From: a virus
Lineage: Duplodnaviria > Caudoviricetes
IMG/VR virus record: IMGVR_UViG_3300037501_000255
Length of the DNA stretch: 64,000 nt
Reading direction: 5' to 3' (one strand)
How positions within the stretch are numbered: position 1 is the stretch's first letter; the number at the start of each line of letters is the position of its first letter. Position numbers and translations under genes: made by a program. The notes under the pieces were generated by a model. That model did not search any database, was not told the DNA's origin, and was given only the letters and a program-made list of their open reading frames with translations. Positions 28,230 to 37,966 of this stretch are shown here, piece after piece.

Positions 28230-28633
28230 GCACGAATCCATTTCGGATAGAGTTGACTGGCTATGTGAGTATGAGTGGCGGCTGGTTCTGGAATAATTAA
28301 TTACTTATCATTTTTACAGAACAGGCAATTGCCGAAATAGGCAGTTATGTGCCGAGAGCACATGATTCCTATTCCTAGGATGTTTACTGCCCTCCCACCA
28401 TACAGTAGGGGCTCAGGTTGAAGAGTGTGGTCGACCACCGGGAGTCTAATATATGGCTTATCAAGATTCTTTATTGGTTTCTTCATCTTCTAAAGATTCA
28501 AAGTCTATATCTGAAAGATGTAGGACTTCCTCACATTGTTCATGTGGCATGGCGCAGCATTCAGGACAATGGTATGCGCGGGGGGTGGGGTATATACCAA
28601 CCTCGGCCAGTGCATGCCTGGCTATATGGTAGG

Positions 28634-29207
28634 TCAAAGCGCAATTCCTTTGATCTCAGCAAAGATCCTGTTGAATGGGCGCAGTGTGGCGTCATGCACT
28701 AAAGTAGTGCACAACTGAAACAGGGGGATATAATGTTCTTTTGTTTCCTTGAGCTGCTTTGTGCGAAAACCCTCGTCCTCAGGCGGGGATCGCAAATTAT
28801 CGAGCCTGTCCGCAGCCTTCACAATCATGAATCCAGGATATTGACTCTCAAACTTCAGATTGTCAATATAGCTATCTTTATCTGTCTTTGTGAGCGACCT
28901 CACCCATTCCGCCCGAAAAGTTCTTCTGTAAGTGACGACAGGAGCTCTACTTCCTCGGAGTCTTCGATTGAATCGTGCAGAAGTGCTGTGATTATGAGAT
29001 CGGGGCTGGTAAACCCGGCATCAATTAGAATCAGTGCCGTTCTGCGCAGATGTTCGAAATATCGGAGTGGTTTGCCATCTGGACCCAGTTCTTTGCGCAC
29101 CTGACCCTTGTGAAATTTTTAGCAAGAAGATATGCCTTCTCTACCTTTTGAGCATCAGGGTGAGACATGATACGGTACACTTTACACATGAATTCTGCGC
29201 GATTCAT
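28634..29207 (-). CDS. HD-domain (p)ppGpp hydrolase-like (Mesh1/SAH type), frameshifted
   Basis: AY.LAK..H.GQVRK, YFEH, ALLHDSIED and VKAADRLDNLRS in three frames; no synthetase domain. Confidence 0.75.
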
Positions 29208-31285
29208 ACATCCTCCTATGGCAGCGTAATGAGCACCACTTTATTGGTCAAGCGGCTCCTGCGTGGAGTGAATTGGCAAAATCCGTCAGAAGCTCAATTA
29301 CCGCATGGCGGTTTGCCGCTATATGCGTTTCGCCATTTGAAAGCAAAACCATGTAGTCCTGCCCTTGGTGTACTGCCGCAATGTCCTGCCCTCCGCATGT
29401 GACGACCCATACCGAGTTTGTGCGTTCACTAAATATCAAATCTTCTATAGAGAACATGTTGACTCCTAGCTCCGCACAATCAGATCTGCGGGTATGCGCG
29501 GTATTCGGGGTTGGCGTGGTTGGTCCGAAAGTGGCGGAAGAGAAATAAGAAGAAGGTGCAGAAGAAGCCAGAGGGCGACGCCGATGCAGCGTAGCTTCCG
29601 ACTGGAATCATGGCGCGGTTGGGACAGGTGCGTGGACCGAAGCGTGGCGGCGTTTGAGGTCGATTTCGGAAGTTTGCAGGTCGAGGCTACGAGCTTTGGC
29701 TGATAGAGGCCGATGAGATTGATGACCTGCTCATATCTTGGCTCGTACTCCGATTCGGCCGAGTCCACAAGGTCCGTAGCAAGCTGCCTTGCCCAGATGT
29801 CGACCGGCAGCTTGTTCGTCTCCTTAGAGACCTGCACTGCCTTTTCCAAGTCGGCTTCGTGCTCAGTCGCTAGGGCTCGGCAAATACGAGCGATGTCATC
29901 GATGATGTCTGACTGATGTCTGTCCTTGAACATCTGGCGTCTGGCGTCCGCAAGCCTCTGGAGCAAAAGCTCTGGGTCAGAGTCCCGGTTCTCGTCGTCC
30001 GGCAGGTAGTCGCGTATGGAGCTAGTCATGTGCGGTGTAGGCCTCACAGGCAACGTGCCGTTCAACCATAGGTTGCCCTTGCCACAAGGTGAACCTATCG
30101 TTTCAGAACCGTTGCAGCTTGGTCTTGAAGCCATCCCGTTCTGTATCCATTAGATCTTTGAGCCACTTTTCAGTGGCAAGTTCATTTTCTGATGGATGGA
30201 AGGTTTTTGGCATCGATCAGCAGCGGCGCAGACAGAGGGTCGTGGTTGAGCAGGTGCAGCTTGGCTTCTTGAATCCTGTTCTTCACCCAACCGATGTCGG
30301 CCTTGAGAATGTCCTTGTTCGGCTGCACGGGCAGCGGTGCCTCGTCGTTGACCCTCCTCTTACCTGGGGGCTCCTGCGCGCGGATCTCGTCGGCATGGTA
30401 CTTGGCGTTAACGACGATCTTCACCGCCTTATTTCTGGCTTCTTCCAGTATTTTGGCGCCCGCGCGTCGACAACGGTCACGTCTCTTCTCAAGGGAGGTC
30501 GCTAGCTGCTTCTTTTCCTTCTCTAGCTCTTCGCGTAGCTTCACGACCTCTGACAGCGAGGCAAGATCGGGAGGCCGAGCATAGAAGGTTGCGATGCAGA
30601 CGCCCATAGCAGCTAAACCCGCTCTTGGTGCGGTTGTCGCGCTGGACAAACCCGGCAGAAATCACCTTGCCGTGAACGGCCCTTGCTGCGTCGGCGTGCC
30701 TGACGGTTGGTGGGAAAATGATCATGGTTTCATTGCCGAAACCAGCCATCTCGATCAGAACGTATTTCGGGTCATTACCCACGTTGGTTCCGGTCCTGTC
30801 GGCTGTTTATGATACTCCGGCACTCCTGACACCAGGTCGGCATGGCGGCCCATCGAAGGGCGTCGGTCTTGGTCTTGTGCCCCACGCAGGTACCGTGCGT
30901 ATCGCAAACCGAGAACCACGGAAGCTCCTCAGCCTCAGACCCGGCACCAGCCTGTTCGGCCGTGCAGACCGTGATTCTGAGGCTGGATGCCCGGCACGTG
31001 CGCGTCACGGGCATTTCCCTGAGAAGGGACGCCGCGTGCTTTACGGCGGGATGCTCGGCCAGCCCACGAGCCGAGGCGTCCTTAATGAACTTTTTTACTG
31101 CCTTGATGTCGAGCTTGTCCATACCTTACCTATAGGCACCTCATCAGGGTCGTCAAGAGGAGCTTTACTTATTCCTGTTCTTTGGTACGCCTGCACTTTC
31201 TCAGCGACCCGCGCCGGCGGTTCCAGTGCTGACCAGGGTATGCGCGGTATGGTGATGGGAACAACGCAGCGCTGATAATTAATTA

Positions 31286-31489
31286 TCAGAAGTCTGCAGG
31301 GGGTCTGCTGCTGTATAAATCCTTATGCCACCCACCGCCTTTTAGTTGAAAGGTGGTTTTAGATATTATCTTGGCCATGGAATCCGCCGCCCCACACTTC
31401 TCGCAAATATGCGGTGGAGGGTCGGTAAGGCGCTGAAGTTGCTCAGAAATGTCGTGACACACCAGGCATTCATAATCGAATAGTGGCAT
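31286..31489 (-). CDS. FmdB-family zinc-ribbon protein
   Basis: MPLFDYECLVC...CEKCG...FQLKGGGWHKDLY motifs. Confidence 0.85.
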   Translation of the reverse strand: MPLFDYECLVCHDISEQLQRLTDPPPHICEKCGAADSMAKIISKTTFQLKGGGWHKDLYSSRPPADF

Positions 31490-31543
31490 AGTTACTCCTA
31501 TCAATAAAACTTGACACTTAAGAAACTTATTCTCGGAGGAATT

Positions 31544-31987
31544 ATGAGTAATCTGATCAGACTATTAGCCGAAAGTGCCGCAGCCCTGGATAGGGCTGGG
31601 ATGTTTAAAGAGGCTGATTTGGTTGACGACATGCTGCGCAGCCTCGCTGCTGATGCGGCTGCTGCCCCAAAAACCGCCAGAGCTTTGCTGGCCGACATGA
31701 CTCGTCTGGTTGATACATTAAAAGCGGCAGACGTGGGGGCGAGCGTTGCCATTAAAGCCGTCAAAGATTTACTGGCACAGTTAGATGCAGCCGTTGTCGC
31801 TTCTTTTCAGACAAAGAAGGGTGACTCGCGTGTCCGTATTATGGCTAAGGATGCTTTGAATCGATTCCTTGCTATTGCAAATAGCAATAATGATGCGGCT
31901 AATGAAATGTTTCGGCCGATAGTAAAACCTATGGTCGATGCGTTGCAGATGATGCTTCGGCTACCAGATAACCTAATCTGGTCCTGA
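31544..31987 (+). CDS. Helical hypothetical protein
   Basis: GGAGG RBS; N-terminal LAESAAALDRAGMFKEADLVDDML motif. Confidence 0.65.
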   Translation: MSNLIRLLAESAAALDRAGMFKEADLVDDMLRSLAADAAAAPKTARALLADMTRLVDTLKAADVGASVAIKAVKDLLAQLDAAVVASFQTKKGDSRVRIMAKDALNRFLAIANSNNDAANEMFRPIVKPMVDALQMMLRLPDNLIWS

Positions 31988-31990
31988 AGA

Positions 31991-32018
31991 GAGCCCGCCT
32001 TAGGCGGGCTTCTTATTT
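31991..32018. terminator. Intrinsic terminator between convergent genes
   Basis: AGCCCGCC-TTA-GGCGGGCT hairpin followed by TCTTATTT. Confidence 0.75.
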
Positions 32019-32590
32019 GCCGAGCCTTTTCTTTAAGCTGCTAAATTCAGCTTCATCTCGCTCGCGTTCTCTTTTGGCACGCATCTCATTGGCCTGTCCC
32101 TGCAATGCGTGCAGAATCTGATTCTCATCAAAATTCTATGGGTCAGTAATTTCATAGACTGGGCCGTGGCGAATACCATCCTCCGTAAGGGAGCGGGGTG
32201 CGGTCTCCGGATCGCCGTAATTACTAATGATTTCTGCGGTAAGTAGCTCGGCCAGCGTCGTGCCCTCTGGCACCGTAACAATTTCATAATCTAAACCACA
32301 TCGGATAGTATAGTCTCAGCCATTGCTTTGTTCTCTAAAGACGATATATTTTTTCCATTTGTATACCTTAACTGTTGCAGTTAAATGTAAGCTCTGACTC
32401 ATGCAACCAATATAAATGAGAAGCATCTTTTATTGAGACGTGAAGCCAAGTTCCGCCCAGGGGTGAGCCAAACCATGTATTCGCAACACTCTCCGTACAC
32501 GGCATTTTTTGCATAATAACGCACGGATACCCATTCCATTTCCATGCAGGATGATTCTCAGTTACATTTACCCAGCCAGATGTGTTTGTT

Positions 32591-33589
32591 TTAGACATCT
32601 GAAAGTCCAGCTATGGCGCGCGAGGCGGCGCCAAAAGTTTCGGTGTCGACCCCGAGACTCATCCTAAACCAGCCCGGCATACCACATGCCTCTCCGTCAA
32701 CAAGGCGTACTTTACTCTCCATCAGTGACCTCTCGAAAGCCGCCGCCCTCAGTGGCTTAAACCATGCAAACATCCCGGACTTGGCAACCCAACTTTCGCA
32801 CTGCGGCGCTATAAGATTCTCAAAAGTTAATCTATTTTGAGAGAGTGTGTCGGCAGCTGAGTTCAGAATTGCGTTGAATTCCATATTGCCCTGCGGTGTG
32901 TGAATATAATTGATTAGCTTGGTGCACTGATTCTGCGATGTTATTGACACTCCGCTGGTCGATATCTCTACATAGTAGGCCATCGACTCAGCCAAGTTAC
33001 CATCATTTGATGCGGCCAGACCAACTCTAAGTCCGGAGATCCCAAACAGCTTTGCGAAGGAGAGTACAACAACATCGCAGTCGGGAGTAGCGCCGTTGAA
33101 CCCATAGAGAGGGGAGGCGTATGCTGCATCCCATAAGTAGCACTTAGTATCAGCGAATTGAGTGCCATCGGGATTATTTGGACTGGTAATTGCTACAACG
33201 GTTGACTCGCCCTCCCCCTCAGAGGAAAATTGGAGACCGATTTGATATGCCAACGTAGGGTAACTGGGCCAGTACGGGGCTCTATGTACAAGTCTTTTTG
33301 CTCTGCGAACTTCGCCGGCCACATAAAGCGCAGCTAATATTGCCTGCTTAGCGCCGTTGGTAATTACTATATGTTTATATGACTTAACAAGATCGATCTG
33401 ACGAACGGCTTCTATAAGGCCGGGTACGCCCCCGAATGGAGGGTATTCTAGGTCTGTCAGCGGAGCTGTGCATGAAGAGAGGATTGAGCTTTTAAGCAGC
33501 TCCTCTTGAAGAAATCTCGGTTCACTAACGGCTAAATTGATTGCGTTGGGATCTGAAATCTTCGCCATCTGCCAGTCGCTAGTTGACAC
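32591..33589 (-). CDS. PLP-dependent aminotransferase class I/II
   Basis: TNGAKQA, SPNNPDG, DAAY and SFAKLFGISGLRVG motifs. Confidence 0.85.
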   Translation of the reverse strand: MSTSDWQMAKISDPNAINLAVSEPRFLQEELLKSSILSSCTAPLTDLEYPPFGGVPGLIEAVRQIDLVKSYKHIVITNGAKQAILAALYVAGEVRRAKRLVHRAPYWPSYPTLAYQIGLQFSSEGEGESTVVAITSPNNPDGTQFADTKCYLWDAAYASPLYGFNGATPDCDVVVLSFAKLFGISGLRVGLAASNDGNLAESMAYYVEISTSGVSITSQNQCTKLINYIHTPQGNMEFNAILNSAADTLSQNRLTFENLIAPQCESWVAKSGMFAWFKPLRAAAFERSLMESKVRLVDGEACGMPGWFRMSLGVDTETFGAASRAIAGLSDV

Positions 33590-33737
33590 ACTACCTCGTA
33601 CTAGTTTATTCTGCGATATTCTATTACTAGACCCGCAGCTCTCGCAGCATCGATGCCGTACTGCATGCCCTTTGAAATGCCAAAATCTTCATATACAACA
33701 CTAGCTTCAACTACCTTGCGCCAAGCCAAGCCGGCAT

Positions 33738-33932
33738 CTATACCCACTGACGTTCGGAAGGAACATTGTCATCCGGTATGCCTGGTTGGGTATACAGGAG
33801 GTGACTCGCTATCGGCGCTTCGCCACGAGCAGGGGAATCTCTTACGCGCCGGCGTGCATACTCAATATTTCGCTCTACGTCGCCAGCGTACGGGCTCTCG
33901 ATAATAACTAGCCCCACATTTATCTCCGACAT
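33738..33932 (-). CDS. Conserved phage protein (nucleoside deoxyribosyltransferase-like fold?), probably frameshifted
   Basis: VIIESPYAGDVERNIEYAR...PIASHLLYTQ motif. Confidence 0.5.
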   Translation of the reverse strand: MSEINVGLVIIESPYAGDVERNIEYARRRVRDSPARGEAPIASHLLYTQPGIPDDNVPSERQWV

Positions 33933-34557
33933 TGGGGATAAGCCAAATACTCGCCCGGAATGTATGCCATATCCAGCTTATTCTTGAATTTTATTAAATA
34001 GAATGTCTTTGCTTTACTTGGAATATTTACAGTATGTATTACTTCGCCTAATTTAAATATGTGTCCAATAATAAGATTATCTATGTCAGATCCTAAAGTT
34101 AATCTCTGAACTACTACACGTTCATCTTTAGTGAATCCAATATCGGGCAAGGCTCTCGGGCGGTCGGTTAGCGCTACGAATTGAGCATTAAGATTATCTT
34201 CTAGAATAGAGCGGGCTCCCATGTGTTCGTCTGGTATTGAGATTTTACGGCGGAGCTTCTCATTATTTCCGGCACGCCATCCCGCTCTCCACATGTCGTT
34301 GCAAAGCTGTGAAAGCTTTTTCGTATCCTCATCCTTGCCCCACACAAACGGTCCACCTGGATTTGAATTCCATCCCCATCGGTCCATCCACAAAAGGCCG
34401 GAGCAGAATCCCGACATATAGTTCTGGACTAGAGCAGACTCATTGCTAACCTCTCGCGCCGCGAGCGCTCTCTAGTAATCTGCGCCTGCAGTGCATCAAG
34501 CTCGGCGGATGATAATGTTTCAAGTGCTAAGGTCATACTGACTCCGTGCGCATAGAA

Positions 34558-34922
34558 TGGTGGAGGTGATGGGACTCGAACCCATGTCCATAAGATATAT
34601 TATCGAAAGACTTCTACACACTTAGCTCTCTGCTTGTACTGCCGGGGATCGAACAGGAGCATTCGATACTCGGAGGTGCTGACTATTACTACCAATCACC
34701 CTGTCAGCTAAATGATTGGAGGTATGGAATCTATCTCTACCAGCAGTCACCATACTTCCTACTGGCATCAGCTACCGCTAGGCGATCAGGCCGCGAGAGC
34801 TACTGGTGCAAACTCAACATTGTCGTTGGCGTTTGTATGTTGCCGCAGTTTTTAAAGAGGGCCGCGACTTCCCCTGTGTGCCGTCATCCAACTCAATCCC
34901 ATGTCGAAACCAAGACACCCCC
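34558..34922 (-). ncRNA. ssrA: tmRNA, tag peptide ANDNVEFAPVALAA*
   Basis: GGGGGTG 5' end with GGTTTCGAC, resume codon GCC then AAC GAC AAT..., 3' GGGTTCGAGTCCCATCACCTCCACCA with G3:U70. Confidence 0.95.
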
Positions 34923-34968
34923 GTAAAATACACTGGGCTACCGGCACATTAGACGCCGGGTTATTTTC

Positions 34969-36069
34969 CTATTCGTAATCTCGAATTGCAATTACATATG
35001 GAAATCGAGGTATACCATCAGGCGTAAGGTTGAAATACTTCACTGTCGCTAGTTTACCAAGCAAGTCTTGCCTTGACTTCAACAGCCCTCTGAGGTATTC
35101 TCTGTCGCCTTTGATATTAGAATTAAATTGCTGGCCGGCTACATTTCGAAGGAGCATCGAGGCGGCCATACCGCTCTTGTTGCCATCACCTTCAATCACA
35201 TCTAGAATAAGAAATTCTTCATCCTTAAACTCTTTGCGCTTAAGCAGCGCCTTACTGCGCTTGTTTTCGTAAACCCAATCCAGCCGAACCATCTGGCCTT
35301 CGTAGCCGGCTTCCATGTATGAATCATAAGCGGCGTCTAGCTGTTGGCGATTATGAATTGCCGTAGTTGGTACTATACGTATGCAGCTGGGCCGACCGCT
35401 GAGGATTTTTTTAAGGAATGCGTGACGCTCTGAAAATGTGGATCTGCCGGCGCCAGAAGCTATATCATATACCCAATACTGGATCGCGGCGGCGCTCTCC
35501 TTCAGGTCTTCATTTGAGGGTTTGCTTTTCTTTACCAAAGAGCATATGCGATTGAAGTCATTGGCAAACTTATCACAATATAATTCTCCATCCAATGCTA
35601 ATCCCGGCAATTCATCAAACAGGCTTTCTAGGGCTGCTGCAATATGCGGGACGCTAGAGAATGGCTTTCCTCCGCGACTTTTGAGGGCGCCCTGCGTAGC
35701 GATGCAACGAATCCCGTCGTACTTGGGCTGACTAAAGACTGGGTATTTGAGGTCGTCAGCGTAGTCTTCAAAGGATTTTGCTAGCATAGGCTCGATGAAT
35801 TCGATGTCGTCGATTTTGCCCAGATCTTCTTTGTAGCCGGAGTCGATCTTCTTCTTCCATTTGGACTTAGCCTCAAACGCAGCCTGATCTTCGGGGCTAG
35901 TTTCATTCGAACGGCCAACATTCTTGGCCTGACAGACTGTCCACTCCGAGACCACCTTTTGACCATCAATCTGGCCAGAGGTGACTCTGTGCCTATCTCC
36001 TTGGACTTCAATCTCCCAACTTTGCACTGCACCTGTAGATGTCCTAGAATATAGAATTGGCAGCTTCAT
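34969..36069 (-). CDS. ATP-dependent DNA ligase
   Basis: PMLA, SQPKYDGIRC, LDGELY, YEGQMVR, LLKRKEF and TVKYFNLTPDGIPRFP motifs. Confidence 0.93.
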   Translation of the reverse strand: MKLPILYSRTSTGAVQSWEIEVQGDRHRVTSGQIDGQKVVSEWTVCQAKNVGRSNETSPEDQAAFEAKSKWKKKIDSGYKEDLGKIDDIEFIEPMLAKSFEDYADDLKYPVFSQPKYDGIRCIATQGALKSRGGKPFSSVPHIAAALESLFDELPGLALDGELYCDKFANDFNRICSLVKKSKPSNEDLKESAAAIQYWVYDIASGAGRSTFSERHAFLKKILSGRPSCIRIVPTTAIHNRQQLDAAYDSYMEAGYEGQMVRLDWVYENKRSKALLKRKEFKDEEFLILDVIEGDGNKSGMAASMLLRNVAGQQFNSNIKGDREYLRGLLKSRQDLLGKLATVKYFNLTPDGIPRFPYVIAIRDYE

Positions 36070-36818
36070 ATCACTTGAGTCCTAAGATTCGGTTTTCTTC
36101 TTCAGATAGCTTCTTTAATGCTGCTACGCGAACAGCGTCGCTCTTTGTTTTTCTGCTGCCAGCCAGCTTCTCGCGTTCCGCCTTGGCTGCCATATCAGCA
36201 GCCAGATCCTGCTAGATGGCGCCTACAATGTCGCGCCTGGCCATAAAAAGGTATTCAGTTGGAAAGCTAGAATAGTAATCCCACTTAGATGTCTCTAGCT
36301 TTGGTTGGTTATTGTACATCTCTAAGCGGCAATCTTCCACTACATCTGACGATACACATGGGTCTCCCACCTCTCCCTCATCGGCGTTATTGAACCACCA
36401 TTTGTACTCCTTAGCTATACCAAAAGCCTCCATGATAGCCGAAAATACATCATCAATCTTATCGAAGAGTTTTTGCTCAAGGCAAGAAAGGCCGGATCTG
36501 GCTATGGTATATTTTTCCAAATCCTCCTTGGTATATGTGACTTCCTTAGCTTTTCTCATTCATCATCCTCTATAGAGACAGAAAACTGCCTCGGTAAGCA
36601 TCTGTAGAATTTTACTGCAGGATCACCATACCTAATCCAGTAGTGATCTTCGCGTACATAGGGTGTGTGCAGACCCCATAATGAGACTGTTCCATCAGAA
36701 TCCTCAGCCACGCCATCACTGAGTAGCTGCGCTCGGTCAGCGCATACCTGCACTAACTTCCCACAGCTAATGCCAGCAAGCCCCGCGAGGCTAGATGGCC
36801 CCCAGAATTCACAGAATG

Positions 36819-37094
36819 CTACTGCAGAATCATAACGCTCATTACGAAAGATATCACGCAGCGGTGCAGCAAGTGTGTTGTGGAAAGCTCAATGGCACTA
36901 CCGAAACCCGGATCGGTCGCGTCGAAAAGCCTGTGGCGAGTTCCGTATTTGTACCAGCCACCCTTACGCTTCCATTCGAAACGGAGATTGCTGCCGTCTA
37001 GCTTATCAAACACATACGCTTCAAATTCTGAAAATTCACGTGGAATTGAGGGTATGTCTTCACGTGGCGCCACCATTGTTAATCGACCCGGCAC
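36819..37094 (-). CDS. Truncated ligase-like nucleotidyltransferase
   Basis: FDKLDGSN (KxDG) motif; frame disrupted at both ends. Confidence 0.45.
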   Translation of the reverse strand: MPGRLTMVAPREDIPSIPREFSEFEAYVFDKLDGSNLRFEWKRKGGWYKYGTRHRLFDATDPGFGSAIELSTTHLLHRCVISFVMSVMILQ

Positions 37095-37108
37095 CTGCCT
37101 GCTATTTT

Positions 37109-37744
37109 TTATCTGGAAAATTTCCTACTTACATCCCGAAACATTTTTATTATTGTTTTTGGGATTTTAACTGATTCTAGCTCTGAACTGAGCCCGGTAG
37201 ATAGATAGGCTTGTGTTTCATCTGGAATTACAAATTTTGCATACCCTTGCTTAATCAGCGCTGACGATATCGCAGCTGCGGTCCTGGATGGAATTTGGTT
37301 TAGGCAGCGCTTCATTTCTCTGCGGTATTCTGAATTAAGTCCCCAAAGGGCATGCGCTTTTTCGTGCGCGAGCGAAGCGGTATCTCCACGCATGACACCT
37401 ATAAGGTAGAACATCCTGCTGCGCTCTCTGCATACCTTATAGATGCTGCGCATTGCGCGATCATATTTGCTGGGATCGGGAATACCTTTCCTAAAACAGG
37501 CACTTATTACTCTGCCGGGTAGATTAAACCCACTCCAGTCGTAGGGGTAGGTGAAGCCGCCCCGACCTTCTGTTTCAGAGTACCATTTCATGTAGTCAAT
37601 TAATGTAAATGGCTTGCCTCTAAAGGCGAGGTTGGGAGATTCGTAAAACTCCTGACATCTCCAAAATGTCATAGCTAAATCAAATTCATCTTCAAACTCA
37701 GCACAGAAAATACCCTCGCCAAGTGCTCGTATAGAATGTCTCAT
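37109..37744 (-). CDS. Conserved large-phage protein with a zincin-like HExxH motif
   Basis: QEFYESP, DWSGFNLP and LAHEKAH motifs. Confidence 0.55.
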   Translation of the reverse strand: MRHSIRALGEGIFCAEFEDEFDLAMTFWRCQEFYESPNLAFRGKPFTLIDYMKWYSETEGRGGFTYPYDWSGFNLPGRVISACFRKGIPDPSKYDRAMRSIYKVCRERSRMFYLIGVMRGDTASLAHEKAHALWGLNSEYRREMKRCLNQIPSRTAAAISSALIKQGYAKFVIPDETQAYLSTGLSSELESVKIPKTIIKMFRDVSRKFSR

Positions 37745-37966
37745 ACCTTCTCCGACAATCTTTTGGCAATATCGACTATTAGGTCGGTTCTCTGAACTTC
37801 GACCTGCAGCCTGTGTCCCAATTCTGCTGCCTTAGCTCGATTTTCTGGAGTATCGCCCCATAGAAAATCTGATAATGCAGATTGCTGAGATACCCATACG
37901 CATTTTATATGCAGAAGGTCATTGATATTTTCAATCACCATCTTCAATGCATCTTCATAAGACATA

